Origin: Salpingoeca rosetta
Taxonomy: Eukaryota > Protista > Choanoflagellata
DNA length: 64,000 nucleotides
NCBI GenBank assembly: GCA_033442325.1
Contig: JAWQFM010000024.1
Span: forward strand, 928,106 to 992,105
Reading direction: 5' to 3'
Numbering within the stretch: the stretch's first letter is position 1; every line of letters begins with the position of its first letter. The position numbers and the translations under genes are program-made. The notes beneath the pieces were generated by a model, which was given only the letters and a program-made list of their open reading frames with translations, had not been told where the DNA came from and ran no database searches. This document shows, in pieces, positions 1 through 16,786 of this stretch.

Positions 1-18
1 ATATGTGTGTGTGTGTTG

Positions 19-65
<47 letters not shown>

Positions 66-71
66 TGTGTT

Positions 72-103
<32 letters not shown>

Positions 104-371
104 TGGTGAAAAACTGGAACGGAGTGCTCAGACGAAAGGCTTGTCACGAACACACACACATACACGCACGCATGCACACACACACACACACGCATGCACG
201 CACAAGCACACCTGTACATCGCCTTTGGACTGCAGGAACGCAGCGAGCGCCTTCTCGTGGGCTTTGATGTATTTCACAACGGCCTCGTGCGTGGAGAGAA
301 CTTTTGTGCGCGGATGTGCAAACGTCTGCGCCACTTTCCGCTGGTACCGGTCTGCGATGCAAATTCAAGTG

Positions 372-411
<40 letters not shown>

Positions 412-606
412 TGTCTGAGGAGCCAGTGCTCAGTACAAGCACGAGACCATAATCACTGTCCCATCACATCGAAACATCACCGTGAGCGTCTGCCTCACAT
501 TTCTCGAGGAGATCTGTGCACTCGCTTGACTTGGTGCGATAGAGGTGTTTCTGCATCTCCTCCTGAAACGCAAACGTCACCACTTGCTCGTGGTGGTTGT
601 CTGAAC

Positions 607-699
<93 letters not shown>

Positions 700-1442
700 G
701 TCGTGGCAGTGGCGGTAGTAGCAGCCGTGTCAGAATCAATAAGAAACCAGCTGAAATCCACACAACAAACACTTAAGCAACAGCAGAGATTCAGCCTTGC
801 GCGAACGCTCCACAACTACGTCACGCATGTCTTCGAGACACACACGCACGCGCACCCAACATTGAAGCACATCTCATACACTGGGCCAGGCGTTAACCCA
901 CCTGTGTTCTCGTGGCGCTCGTGTGCGTTCTGAAACTGCTCTTCAACATATTGCAAGCGCTCAACACGCCTCTGCATACACAAACACAAGCGCATAAATG
1001 TGACAGTAGGTTTATGTGCTCGTGTGAGAACGCAACACACATGCACAACCACGCACACAAGCACATGCATACACACATATGCACAAGCACGATTGCCCTT
1101 TCATCACCATCGCTGCCTTTGCAACGTGTACCTGCGCCTGCTTGAGGTCCTCCTCCTTGGTGACCAGGTCCTGGCGAGCGGACACAAGTTCCTCCGAGGG
1201 GCGTGTCATCTCCTCCACGCGGTCCATCAGCTCCTGCGATACTGGAACGCGCGTCGCGTCGATGGTCCGCAGCGTTGGGTTCTCCACCACGGCCTCAACA
1301 AGCTCCGTCGCGCCCTGCATAGGGCGGGCGTGTATGTGTGCGTGTGTGTGAGTGCATGTGTGTGCATGTTTGTGAGTGTTTGTGTGTGTGTGTAACAGAG
1401 AGTGTGTGAGTGTGTGTGTGAGTGAGTGTTTGTGAGTGTGCA

Positions 1443-1477
<35 letters not shown>

Positions 1478-2272
1478 CAGAGAGAGTGTGTGAGTATGTG
1501 TGTGCGTGCATGTTTGTGAGCGTTTGGGAGTGTGTGAGTCAGTGAGTGAGTTCTCCAACAGCACAATTGGTGCCGTCATTCCTGCAGCAATGCGCAACAC
1601 TTCAGCCCCAACCTGGGCACCACAGCGACAGGCGTCCACACACCTCGTTGGTGATGGGATTGAGCGCAATCAGCAGCACTTCCAGCGTGCGGTTATCAGA
1701 CTTGAGCACCTGGTCATGTGTTCAACACAGAACAATACAGCAGCAACAACAAAAACAGTTGCATGAGTGCATTCAGCGCATCACGAAGATTCGAACCGGA
1801 ATGTGATGGTCGTGAAGCCAACGCGTGCCTCTCTTCTCCTTATTCTCCACTCAAGCAGCAAGCATCCCCACCACCATCCCCACCACCACCATCACCATTA
1901 CACGTCAAACACCACCATTACCAATGACACCTCCACCACCACCACCACCAATGACACCACCACCACTACCATCGCCGGGCGTACCGAGGCGAGGCTCTTG
2001 CAGCCGTCGAGTGTGATGCGGTTGTTGGTCAGATCGACCTCTCGCAGCGTCGTGTTCTGTTTCAGCGCTTCGCTCAGCACAAGCGCCCCGTAGTCGGCAA
2101 TCCCATTCCACCCAATCTGTACACGCGAATGCAAGGTTTTGTTTTGTTTGGGCGGAGAGGGGGGGGGGGTTGTTGTGAGGGACCATTCGTGGTTGATCAA
2201 GGACTGCCGCTACTGTGTCACACCACCGAAACACACAATCAAACAAACAAACAAAGCCAAGCTAACTCGAGC

Positions 2273-2318
<46 letters not shown>

Positions 2319-2999
2319 CACACACAACCCCATAACGAAACGCACGTAGAGGGTGTGGATGGAGGAGTTTGACTTGAATGCATCCATGATGGCCATAGCG
2401 CCGCGGAGACGGATGGCGTTCCAGCTGACATCGAGCACTTCGATGGATGTGTTGCGGCTCACCACCTCGCCAAGGTGAATCTGATGCGTGGTCACGAGGG
2501 GGAGGTGGAGGGGGATTGGTGCAGTGGGGAAAGGATGAGGAGGTGGAGAGGGAAGTGTTGGTGACGGGGAAGGATGGTCGGGGAGAAGAGTAAAAGAGAA
2601 TAATGTCGCACGCGCGCATGTATGTGTGCGTGTGTGTGGGGTGTGTGTGAAAGCCGCCCAAACGCACATGCACTGAGCGCTACACGAATGAACAACGCCA
2701 CGACCACCAACCACCACCACCACCGCAACAACAACAACCCAGTCGCCCACGCAACGACAATCACCACTGGCACCAAACGAAGATAACGCACGCCGCCGAA
2801 CTCGTCAATCTTGTTGCCGGAGAGATTGAGGGAGGCGAGCGTCACTGTTTCCTCAAGCGACGGCTTGATCGTCGCAAGGTGCGTATCGTCCAGGCACATG
2901 TCTACAGTGTGGTTACGGTGGTCGTGTTGAAGGTGTAAGGAAGTGCAATCGTTGTCCGCAGCGATGTGACAGAGACGAGCCAGCACGGTGAAGGCTTCG

Positions 3000-3074
<75 letters not shown>

Positions 3075-5202
3075 CACACGAGACACACACGACACACGAG
3101 ACACACACACGACACAACGTACACACACACACACCAGAGACACACATCATACACACAACGTACGGCTGAGGTCCAGGGAGCGGAGGGCGGAGTTGCGGGC
3201 AATGAGATCACTGATGCACTCGGCACTCAACGGCCCAATGGTGTTCCGCGACAGGTTCTGGTGGCATGGTGGTGTTGTGGTGTTGTTGAGTGGATGGTGT
3301 GTCAATTGTGTGTTTGAGTGTTGTGTTGTTTTGGATGTGAGGTGAGAGCATGCGGCAGCACGGGGGCAAAGGGCGTGCATTCAATGTAACCATCCCCTCC
3401 ACACACACACATACACACAGTCACAGACACACATACAGACACACATACAGACACAGACACAGACATGCACCAGTGTGCGCAGTGCGTCGAGTGTGTTGAG
3501 GATGGGAAGAAGTTCGGCCATGCCGTTGTCATCCATTCGACAATCAGAAAGGTCGAGTGACACCAAGTTCAACGACACCTGGCGTACACACACGCAATTT
3601 CGTGTCGTGGCGTGTACGGTTGCAGGTAAGAAGCATGGTCAGACATGCACGCGCACACGCACAAGTACTGCTCACACACTGTCATACATCAGGCATCAGG
3701 TCACATCACCACACAAGCCATGCATCACACCACGCATAACACCTCACATGGACACACCTCGAGGCCAGCAGCCAGCGCTTGGCAGTGGAGAGCGGGAAAG
3801 GCTTCGTGTCGGAGGCAAATATCAGGCCTGTGGCAGATGCGTATGTACTTGTTGCTCGGCAACACCTGAAGCTGCACAATGAGCCGCACACAACACATGC
3901 GTGAGTGCCAGTGCGACAGCAACTGTTGCGGAACAAATCACAATAGTGTCAGACGACCAGACGTCGAATGCACGCGTGGAGGTGAGCTTGGGGAGAGCGT
4001 GTAGGTTGGGAACGCTTACTCGTTTGCATGCTGCTTGATACAGGCTGGCAGCATCGTGTTCGGTAAAGTCGTCATCAGAGTCTAATCACGTGTTGGTGGT
4101 GATTCAGGCCATGATGTGAGCTACGGCGAAATGAAAAGGGTGCTCATGTCTTCCATCCTGTGCGACAGCCCCACGCGCCCACAAGGCCCAGCTTCACAAC
4201 AAACAGAGCCGCACAAGACACAGCCCACTTTCCCTTCCTCACAGAGAGAGAGAGAGAACACACAGCACACACACACACGCACACAGAGAATACACAGAGA
4301 ACACACACACACAGAGCACACACAGCGCACACACAGCGCGCGCACACACACAGCACACACACATACACACACATACACACACACGCACATACACACACAC
4401 ACAGAGCACGCACACAGAGCACACGCGCGCGCAAGCAGAACGTACATTCCAGTTCAAGGTCTGTTTCGCAGTATTCCTCGTCGATCTGTAGGCTCTCGTC
4501 CACAATTTCCTCTGGCACGGGCTTGTCATCATCGTCGGGCATGCCATACATGGCCCTGATCTCGCGCATCTCTTCCCTGATGGCCTCTTCCTCCGCCTCG
4601 TCAGAATCAACCCGATCCTCCACCTCGTCCGCGTCATCGCTGTCGACCGCATCCTCCGGCAAGCCAAATCGCTTGATGAGGTTGAGACGCTCTTGCCGCT
4701 GCTGTTTCATCTCTGCTACCGACAGCCGCTTCTGCTTTGGTGCCGGCTTTGCTTGCGAAGCGAGGACGGCTTGCACCAGTGTTTGTTTCGTTTGCTGCGG
4801 CTGTGTTTGTTGCTGCTGCTGTTGCTGCTGTTGCTGCTGCTGTTGTTGTTGTTGTTGTTGCCGTTGGCTTGAACCGCTGCGACGCGTTGCAGCAGCGACA
4901 TCTGGCTTTGCTGTTGCTGCTTCATTGTCAGCTTCCCCTGCATTGCCAGAGTCACTGGGTATGCTGCCGATGCTGTTCACAGAGCTGCGGCGGCTGTCAC
5001 TGCTGAAGGAGCCGATGCTGTTCACGTCAGCGTCAGCGGCCTCATTACCTTCTTCCCCTTGTTCGTGGCCATTGCCTCGTCTCTCCCTACCTTCACCAGC
5101 CCTTGCCTCCTCTTCCTCCACCACGGGGGCACCTGCATCCTCCTCCTCCTCCTCCTCCTGCTCAGGCACCGCAGGCAGCTGTTCTTCCACAACTTCAGCC
5201 AT
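1..5202 (-). CDS. LRRC74-like (RI-type) leucine-rich-repeat protein; multi-exon, 3' end beyond the left edge
   Basis: ATG at 5202 (MAEVVEEQLP...). Exon 1 (5202-4446) is acidic and Gln-rich. Later GT-AG exons read YSDDDFTEHDAASLYQAACKR / LQVLPSNKYIRICHRPDICLRHEAFPALHCQALAAGLE / VSLNLVSLDLSDCRMDDNG / NLSRNTIGPLSAECISDLIARNSALRSLDLS / LASLNLSGNKIDEFGG / NTSIEVLDVSWNAIRLRGAMAI / IGWNGIADYGALVLSEALKQNTTLREVDLTNNRI. These are 28-residue RI-like LRRs preceded by the 'Y..AC...V.P' cap recalled from LRRC74A/B. The last visible exon (~352-212) ends in a GT donor. The 3' exon chain is uncertain. Confidence 0.8.
606..699. repeat. (CAA)n microsatellite, intronic in the LRR gene
   Basis: About 31 perfect CAA units. 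Confidence 0.95.
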
Positions 5203-5239
5203 ATCCCTTGGTGGCGATGCGCGAGATTCGCTTGCGGTT

Positions 5240-5340
5240 GGCAACGGCTCTATCAGACACCATAAAGTGCAGCGTGTTTATTTTGGTGTGCGGGAATTTT
5301 TTTCTTCGCTCCGCGAAATTTGAACTTGGCATTTCCGTTG
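5240..5340. promoter_or_regulatory. Bidirectional promoter between the LRR gene and kinesin-5, with candidate E2F, CHR, MYB and RFX half-site motifs
   Basis: The two ATGs are head-to-head at 5202 and 5548. Motifs: GCGGGAA ~5290-5296, CCGCGAAA 5311-5318, TTTGAA 5319-5324, CCGTTG 5335-5340, CAACGG 5242-5247, GGCAAC 5240-5245. These are motif matches only. Confidence 0.4.
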
Positions 5341-5547
5341 AAAGCACACAAACACCAACACATCAACAACCTCTCGCTCGACGACCTCCTCCACCTCCCC
5401 GCATATCACGACCATCACCACAGCGAGGTTGCTCAACACACATCAACAAAGGACCAAGCCAGAGCAGAGCATTACTGGAGCTTTACCCAAGGTTCAGTTC
5501 AGGTTGCTGCCAAAACCACAGGAACAAGTTTTTGACAAATCATCATC

Positions 5548-7106
5548 ATGCCACCATCTGCTGGTTCGTCGCGCAAGTCTGCTCGCGAGTGCAACATCCA
5601 GGTTGCCGTGCGCTGCAGGCCTTTGAACCGCAAGGAACAAGATGAAAACTCGCCTTCCATTGTGGAATGCACGCCGCAACTCAGCAAGATCACCGTCAAG
5701 GTGTGTGTGCGTGTGGGGGGAGATACAGACAGAGACAGAGACTGACTGACTGACTGACTGACAGAGTGACAGAGAGAGAGAGAGAGATTCAGCGGTGTTT
5801 ACATTCACCTCATTTGCATCGGAGTAGACAAGGGCAATCCGTTTGTTTGTTTGTTTGTTTGTTTTTATTACTTGTTTGTGCCCAGTGCCGTGGTCACAAC
5901 ACGAGATGGATGGGCAACGCACCTTTCTCACACTCGCTCGTGCTACTCGTGTACATGCGTGTGTGTGTGTGTGTCGAATGTTGCAGGGCCTCAAGTACGA
6001 CTCGAAGACGTTCGCGTACGACCACGTATTCCCTCCGGAGACATCGCAGGTCGACGTGTACGAGACTCTGGTGGAGCCGCTGCTGGATGAGGTCTTGACC
6101 GGTTTCAACTGCACCGTGTTTGCCTACGGCCAGACAGGTGCGATAGCGGCGCATGCAATGTGATCTGTAATGTGTGCGCGCGTACGCTCAGACACCGCCA
6201 CTCTCAAAACTACAAACCAGATCAAATCGCTTGCGCATCTACACGTCAGCCAACAACACTCCCATACCTGAGAGAGACGACAACATAGGCTCATCTCTTC
6301 CCGCCTTCGATGTGCTGTTTCACCAAATGCAGGCACGGGTAAGACGCACACCATGGAAGGTGTTCGTTCCTCTGACGCTGTCACTGTGGAGGACCCAGGC
6401 CTCGGCATCATCCCACGCGCTCTGTACCAGGTGTGCGTGCATGCCTTTTCACTGCTGTCGACCATGGCGAAGTCCGCGAGACTGGCTACTTCTCAGTCAC
6501 CGTGGTGGTTGGCGTGTATCAGTGTATGGAGCGCCTGTTTGTGCGGATGTGGCTTGCGTTACATGTTCTGTCTGTGGGTTGACTCAACTCACATGAACGC
6601 TCAACCCTACTTTGTGTTTCACATTCGGAATCAATCCAATGTGCCGCAGCTGTTTGAGAAGCTTGAGCAGACCACAAACGAGTTTTCAGTGCGCGTGTCC
6701 TTCCTCGAAATCTACAACGAAGAACTCTTTGACCTGCTCTCTCCGCTGGTATGTGAGAGAGAGAGAGTGTGTGTGTGCGCGCGCGCGCGCGTGTGTGTAT
6801 GTATGTGCGTGCGTGTGTGTGCTACATGACATTGGTCGCGATTCTGCAATCATGCAGATGTGCGGTGTTAATGGCAGATAATCCTTCAAGCATTTCACAC
6901 GATGGTTTCGTGCCTGCATATCCTGTGTGCGTGCGTGTGTGTTGCTGGTCTTATGCAGGACCAGTACCAGAAGCTCCGCTTGTTCGAGGACAGCCGTAGC
7001 AAAGGCAGCGTTGTGATCCAAGGCCTGGAGGAAGTCATTGTCCACAACGCAAGCGAGGTACGTGCATGCACATGTGTGGGTGCATGTGTTGGCGAATGCA
7101 CATGAA

Positions 7107-7200
<94 letters not shown>

Positions 7201-7799
7201 TCACTGTCTGCTGTGTCCACGCAATGATGCATGCATGACTCACGCTTTCCTTTCCAACTGCTGCTGTGATTTCAGGTGTTCGGTCTTATCCAACGCGGCA
7301 CCGAGAAGCGCCGCACGAGCGAGACGAAGATGAACAAGGCGTCCAGCCGCTCCCATTCTGTCTTTTCCGTCACCGTCCACCAGAAGGAGAGCTCCATGAC
7401 CGGTGCGTGTGTGCGTGAGCGAGCACGCGTGCGTGTGTGTGTGTGTGGGGGGGGGGGGGGTATATCGTATTGTGTTTGTGAACCTGTACAAACGTTCGAA
7501 CCACCACTATCATATGTGGGTCATGCCATGAGTATTCTCGTCACCCGTCACCTCCTCACGAATGCGATTGATGGCGCTTCCAGGCGAGGAGCTGCTCAAG
7601 ACCGGCAAGCTCTACCTCGTCGATCTTGGTGGGAATGCATGTGTGTGTTGGGTGGGGGGGGGGTCGTGTTGATGTTGTGTTGATGTTGTGAAACACTCTA
7701 TTGCATCGCGATGGCTTGTAGCGTGACTGTAGCAATCAGCGAGAGCTCACGCACATGTACATGTATCACATGCAACGCGCACTCACGCAAACCTGGACT

Positions 7800-7836
<37 letters not shown>

Positions 7837-8128
7837 GCACACACGCACGCACGCCAACTATACGGTTTCAACAGCTGGCAGTGAGAACATTGGGCGGAGT
7901 GGTGCGAAGAAAGACCGCGCACGCGAAGCAGGCAACATCAACCAGTCACTCCTCACCCTCGGCCGTGTCATCCAAAAGGTGTGCAAATGTATCGTGTACT
8001 GTGCACACGTTAACGCTATCTGATGCGTGTGTGGGTGTGTTTGTTTGTTTGTTTATTTGTCTACTTGCTGGTGTGCAATCAACATTCACCTTCAGCAACT
8101 GACACGTCATCTCTGCGTTGTTCTCACA

Positions 8129-8227
<99 letters not shown>

Positions 8228-9714
8228 TCTCTTTTCCTTGCTCCCCCCCCCCACAGCTTGTGCAAAAGGAGCAGCACATCCCGTATCGTGAGAGCAAGCT
8301 CACGCGTCTGCTGCAAGATTCGCTCGGTGGCCGCACCAAGACGTCCATCATCGCCACCATCTCCCCTGCCATGTGCAACCTCGAAGAGACACTGAGGTGA
8401 CAGCAACTCCCACTGAGTTTTCTCTGTGTACATGTGTGTGTGTGCGAACATGGATGTGCGTGTCTGAAGCACGCCCTGAGCGTCTATGCACACTTGCATA
8501 CATCAGCATACACGCGTGATGCGAGTGCATCAAGCAAACATACTGGAACAATTGTATGTGTGCCGTTCCTCTAACCTTCCTTGCTGTCTGCACATCTGTC
8601 AATCTATCTCTCTGTTCCTTCATCTTTGCCACCTCTCAGCACACTGGACTACGCGTTCCACGCGAAGAACATCAAGAACCGCCCGGAAATCAACCAGAAG
8701 CTGACGAAGAAGGCGCTCATCAAGGAGTACACCGACGAGATTGAAAAGTGCGTTGTGTGCAGGCAGTGGCAGCGTGCTGCATGCTCCTTTTGTGTTTTCC
8801 CTTCTGCCACACCATTCACAGTGCAATCCACTGTGTGTGTGTGTGTGTGGATGTGGGTGTGGTTTTGTCTGTGCATTTGTGTGTGCGTGTGCGTGTGTGT
8901 GTGCCGTGTTTGCTTCTTTGGTTGTGGCCCTTTGTGCACCTCTCTCTCTCTCTCGCTAACTTGGGTGTCGACTCTTCAGGCTGAAGAGGGATCTACTCGC
9001 CACGCGCTCCAAGAACGGCATTTATGTGGACCAGGAGAACTACGAAGCAATGCAGGCGAAGATTGAGTGCCAGGAAGGCAAGATTGCCACGCTTGAGCAA
9101 GAGCTCGCCAAGACCATGGAACTCTTTGACACGACATCAAAGGAGCTGCAGTCCACCAAGTATGTTCCCTGGCATGTTGGGTGCACGTGTGTGTGTGTGT
9201 GTGCGTGTGCGAGTATGTAAAGGTGTGTGTGTGTTGTGTGTTCATGCGTGTGTGTGTGCAGCGCGAGTGTGAATGGATTATTGTGACCACGATATGAACG
9301 TGGCATGATCTCACCGCGCTAACACGCGGTGTTCGTTTGCTCGTGACAGGACCGAGCTTGAGGAGAAGACCACAGTTCTGCACGAGACAAAGGAGGTGAG
9401 ATTTCACAACAAACGACAACAATCACTGCCTCCCTCAAGAGCTAGCATGGCACCTGTGTTGTCATGTGCATTGCTGAGCACTGCCTGTCTTCAACTCACA
9501 TTCAACATCGCCACCCCTTCACCACGGCACGGCGCAATACGATGTGTACTGCATGATTGCAGACGCTCGAAGCAACGACTGTCGAGCTGAACGAACGGAC
9601 GCTTGAGCGCGATCGCACGCAGTTCATTGTTGATGTGAGTGGCGAAGTGCCGTCTCTGTGACACACCTGCCACTGTCGTTGTCGTTTTTGCCACTGTCAT
9701 TGCTTTCGGTGACC

Positions 9715-9810
<96 letters not shown>

Positions 9811-12800
9811 CGCGCGCTCGCGCTCGCGCGCGCTCGCGCGATCGCGAACACAAGCAGACTCAAGCACACACACACACACACGCTCGCGCGCGCGCCGCTT
9901 GCTATTGAGCCTAGACNNNNNNNNNNNNNNNNNNNNNNNNNNNNNNNNNNNNNNNNNNNNNNNNNNNNNNNNNNNNNNNNNNNNNNNNNNNNNNNNNNNN
10001 NNNNNNNNNNNNNNNNATGTCGCACACCTGTATGTCCTGCCTTCAGGCATGTGGATGGCCTGCACGCCAAGGTGCAGCGCAAGAGAGCAGTGGAGACACA
10101 CAACGAAGCCGTCCTCTCGCGGTGAGTGGGCATACAAGCTCGTGCCTCTTGTTCACAAACACACACACACATGTGCGAGTGTTGGTGCGTTTTGGTGCGT
10201 TGCGGTGTTACTCGTGACACGGATGCAGACAGACAAACGTGCTGTTACTGTTTCGCCTGGCACAAGCGTGTCAATTTGACAAGCAGTTCATTGCTCTTCG
10301 ACACACACCTGCACTTGATATGGAGCGCAGACTTCGTGAGCAGACGAATGGAGCTCTTGGTTCTGTCAAATCTGACGTTGAAGGGTATGTACTTGCAACA
10401 CGACCAAGTAACTGTGTGCTCGTGTCTTCATAAATTGCGTTCGTGTGTGTGTGTGTGTGTTTGACGTGCATTGATTGAGGCGTGTTGAAGATGCTTGGAT
10501 TGCTGTTGCTGACGTGCATTTGTACCTGCTCATGGTTGGGTTTTGATGTCCGTCTGCAAACAGATTCGCTGCCACACACGGCACCCAGATGCAAGAGCTG
10601 GTGTCCAACTTTCAGGCGTTTGCTTCTGCCACACAACAAGGCCTCGAAGCAACAAAGCAACAAGTGGATGAAATGTCCACGGCTCTGCAAGAAAATGTGA
10701 TGGCCACAGCTGCAAACGCCCTTCAGTCCATGACACGCGCTGGTGAAGAGAGTGCTCGTACTTGCGCAGAAGCCGCTCAGGCCAACTTTGACACCATGGC
10801 CACAGCCAACCAGGCATTTGCAGAGAACTTCTCCCAAGGTGTGTAATACTGCCTGAATGTTGGCGCTGTACGCTTGTACTTGCAATTGCTTGGGCGAGCA
10901 TAAGAAAAAATGTGTACTCGAGTTCTTTCCTTCCTCGCTGACCAACGCTGGCACCGGCCCGTTCTTCCCTAATGCACTCTTTGGACAACTGTTTGCTTGT
11001 GTATGTGTGTTGTGCAGAGATGCAGCGGCTGCAGGATCTCGTTGCCCAGCAAAACGAGATGTTCTCGCGGTTTGTTGCCACCATGTCTGGCCAGCTTGCT
11101 GGCGTGCACGACTGCGCCCGCTCTTTCGCGGAGCAGCAGCAACAGTCCCTCCAGGTAAGCACACTTCCACCGTTGCAAGTGCTAGCTGCTTACGATGCGT
11201 GCGTTTGTTTGCTGTGCGTTTGCTGTTTGTGTGTGTGTGTGTGTGTGTGATTGTGTGTGTGATTGTGTGTGTGATTGTGTGTGTGTGTGTTGGTTTGTTG
11301 TGGTCGTGTGCGTGATTGTGTGCGGGTGTGTGATTGTGTGTGTGTGTGTGTGTTGGTTTGTTGTGGTCGTGTGCTTAGCATTACACTGCCCGATGCATGA
11401 TCAGGCAACGCTTGCGTCTTCCTCTGCTAACCCCGTCTCCCACTCACGACCACGCATCACTTCCTTGTTTATGGTGATGTCCGGTGCAGGCCCACGGCGC
11501 GAAGCTGGATGCTGCGCTTGACAGTGCAAAGCAGGAAGTGAGCGGCATTGGTGCGCGCATGCACGGTTACGCCACAAACCTCGAGGCCGAGGTGGCCGAG
11601 GAGGTGGCGACTGTCAAGGATCAAATTGGCGCCATTCTGCAACAGCTGGTGTCGCGCGTTGGCGCCAAGACGCAGGTGGCAGCAGATATTGCTGGAGACG
11701 TGCAAACGTTTGCCAGCGCGCTCGGTGAGTCTTGCAGCTGCTTGCTTTGGTGGATGGACACACGTTGCATGATGATGTGAATCTGTACCGTGCTATGACA
11801 ACAGCACACATCTGCAGGTCCCGCACCACCGCACATCCAACAGCACGAAAACTCATGTCACTCTGCTTTGTGGTGCGATTCCAGGCGAGCGACGGGGCGA
11901 GTTCCAGCAGGATGTGGCAGAACAGCGTGAAGCCATCACCACCTTCAACGCGCAGCTGGAGCAGCACCAGCAGCAGCAACAGCACGCCGCCCAGCAGGCG
12001 CAGGCAGCAGTCGGTCAGTTTGTTGTGCGTGGTATGGAAGCGCAATGTGTGCGAGAGAGTGAGTGTGTGCGTGTCTGTGTGTCTGTGCGTGTATGCGTGA
12101 GTGCGTGTTGACTTGTGGGGGGGGGGTGCAGGATTTGCATTTGCCGCATTTACGTGCTGCTTGACACGTTTGTACATGAGGTTGTACTGTCTTTACTTGC
12201 GAGGTTCCATTTGCGTGTTCCTCACCCAGCGGTCCTCACCACTGCGCTGCTGGCATGTGACTGCAGAGGAGCGCCAGGAGGAAGCGGTGGCGGCGCAACA
12301 AGCGCTTGGCCAGCGCGTGTCTGCCCATGTGGAGAGCGCTGACGCAGCGGCGCAGCAAGGAAAGATGGCTGTCAGCGACACGTGCGCGCAAAGCATGGAG
12401 CGGCTGGCCGCAGCACAGACACACGCTGCGGAGGGCGTTCAGGGCAGTGTGTCGGCCACGGTCACGCAGTGCGCCCACACACGTGACGGTGTGGAGCACT
12501 TGTTGCACGAGGTGGCGCGTGGTGCAGACACACATGCGCGTGGACTGGCTGCGAGTGGGGAGGGGTGCGTGTCCTTCACAACTACGACGTCGCAAGCCCT
12601 CGATCATCTTCAGCAGGGTGTTGACAGCATCATTTCCAACGAAATTCGCAAGGACATGCCAACTGGCACCACCCCAGCCAAGCAGGTGTTGTTGCTTTTC
12701 GTGTCTGTGTCTGTGTGTGTCTGTGTGTCTGTGTGTCTGTGTGTCTGTGTGTCTGTGTGTGGTTGTGTGTGTCTGTGTGTGACTCTGTGTGTGCGACTCT

Positions 12801-13272
12801 GTGCGTGACTCTGTGTGTGCGACTCTGTGCGTGACTCTGTGTGCGTCTGTGTGTCTGCAGACTTGTCATCACACTCATCTCCCCTATTCACCACTTCGAC
12901 TCTTTCTCTCTCTCCTTCTTCCCTCCTCCCCACGCTTTCCCATGACAACCACAGGTGTACACGTATCCACGTGCGCTTGCAGCAACCCGCCCCCACGATG
13001 AGCTGAAGCGCGAGTTTACGGAGCTGCTGTCCATCGCAGAGGCGCAGTCGTCTGATGAAGACGATGGCGCTGAGGAGACGAACGGCGCCAGCATGAGCGA
13101 TGCAGGCAACGCTAACAGCTCGGCACAGGCGGACGTCTCCCTGTCTTCTTCGTCTTCATCGTGCGAAGAGAATGCCGACGCAGCAGGCACCGAGGACAAG
13201 GCCGCCCCACGGCCAAGCAAGCTCGTCCAGCCCAGCGTCGTGCGTACGCCACTGGGTTCCGTTAACAACTGA
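5548..13272 (+). CDS. KIF11: Kinesin-5 (BimC/Eg5 family) mitotic kinesin, more than 20 exons
   Basis: Motor motifs across GT-AG exons: [32 protein letters not shown] (P-loop), [89 protein letters not shown]. Kinesin-5 neck [52 protein letters not shown]. Coiled-coil stalk. BimC box [28 protein letters not shown]. Stop TGA at 13270-13272. Confidence 0.96.
9716..9806. repeat. (CT)n microsatellite, kinesin intron
   Basis: Perfect CT run followed by CGCG-rich sequence. Confidence 0.95.
9917..10016. other. Assembly gap (100 N) inside kinesin-5
   Basis: Run of N. Confidence 1.
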
Positions 13273-13540
13273 CATGAAGCAGTTGTGTCATGTCACGCTA
13301 GCAAGCAAGCAAGTGTGCTTGATTGTGCCACGTGTGCGACATCCCAGAAAGCCAAAGCGCAAGCAGGAAGACGAAGTCCTTGATGCTGCCTGACGTGGCA
13401 GTTGTGTTTGGATGTGTCATGGTTGTTGTTGCGTTGTGTTTGAGGAGGAGTTTCTCGTTTGCATCATCATCATAAACAAGAAGTTGTTGTTCAGTGAGTC
13501 AGATCGCAGCGTGGTGACGGGAAAAGCTACGGCAAAGCAG

Positions 13541-16786
<3,246 letters not shown>

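Noticed and set aside
4160-5323. 387-aa plus-strand ORF (similar long antisense ORFs at 23592-24803, 24031-25029, 43847-45055)
   Set aside because: Antisense shadows of GC-rich real exons on the minus strand; low complexity and no independent motifs.
9560-10120. Apparent frameshift suggesting a kinesin pseudogene
   Set aside because: Explained by an exon hidden in the 100-N gap; all motor and tail motifs are intact.
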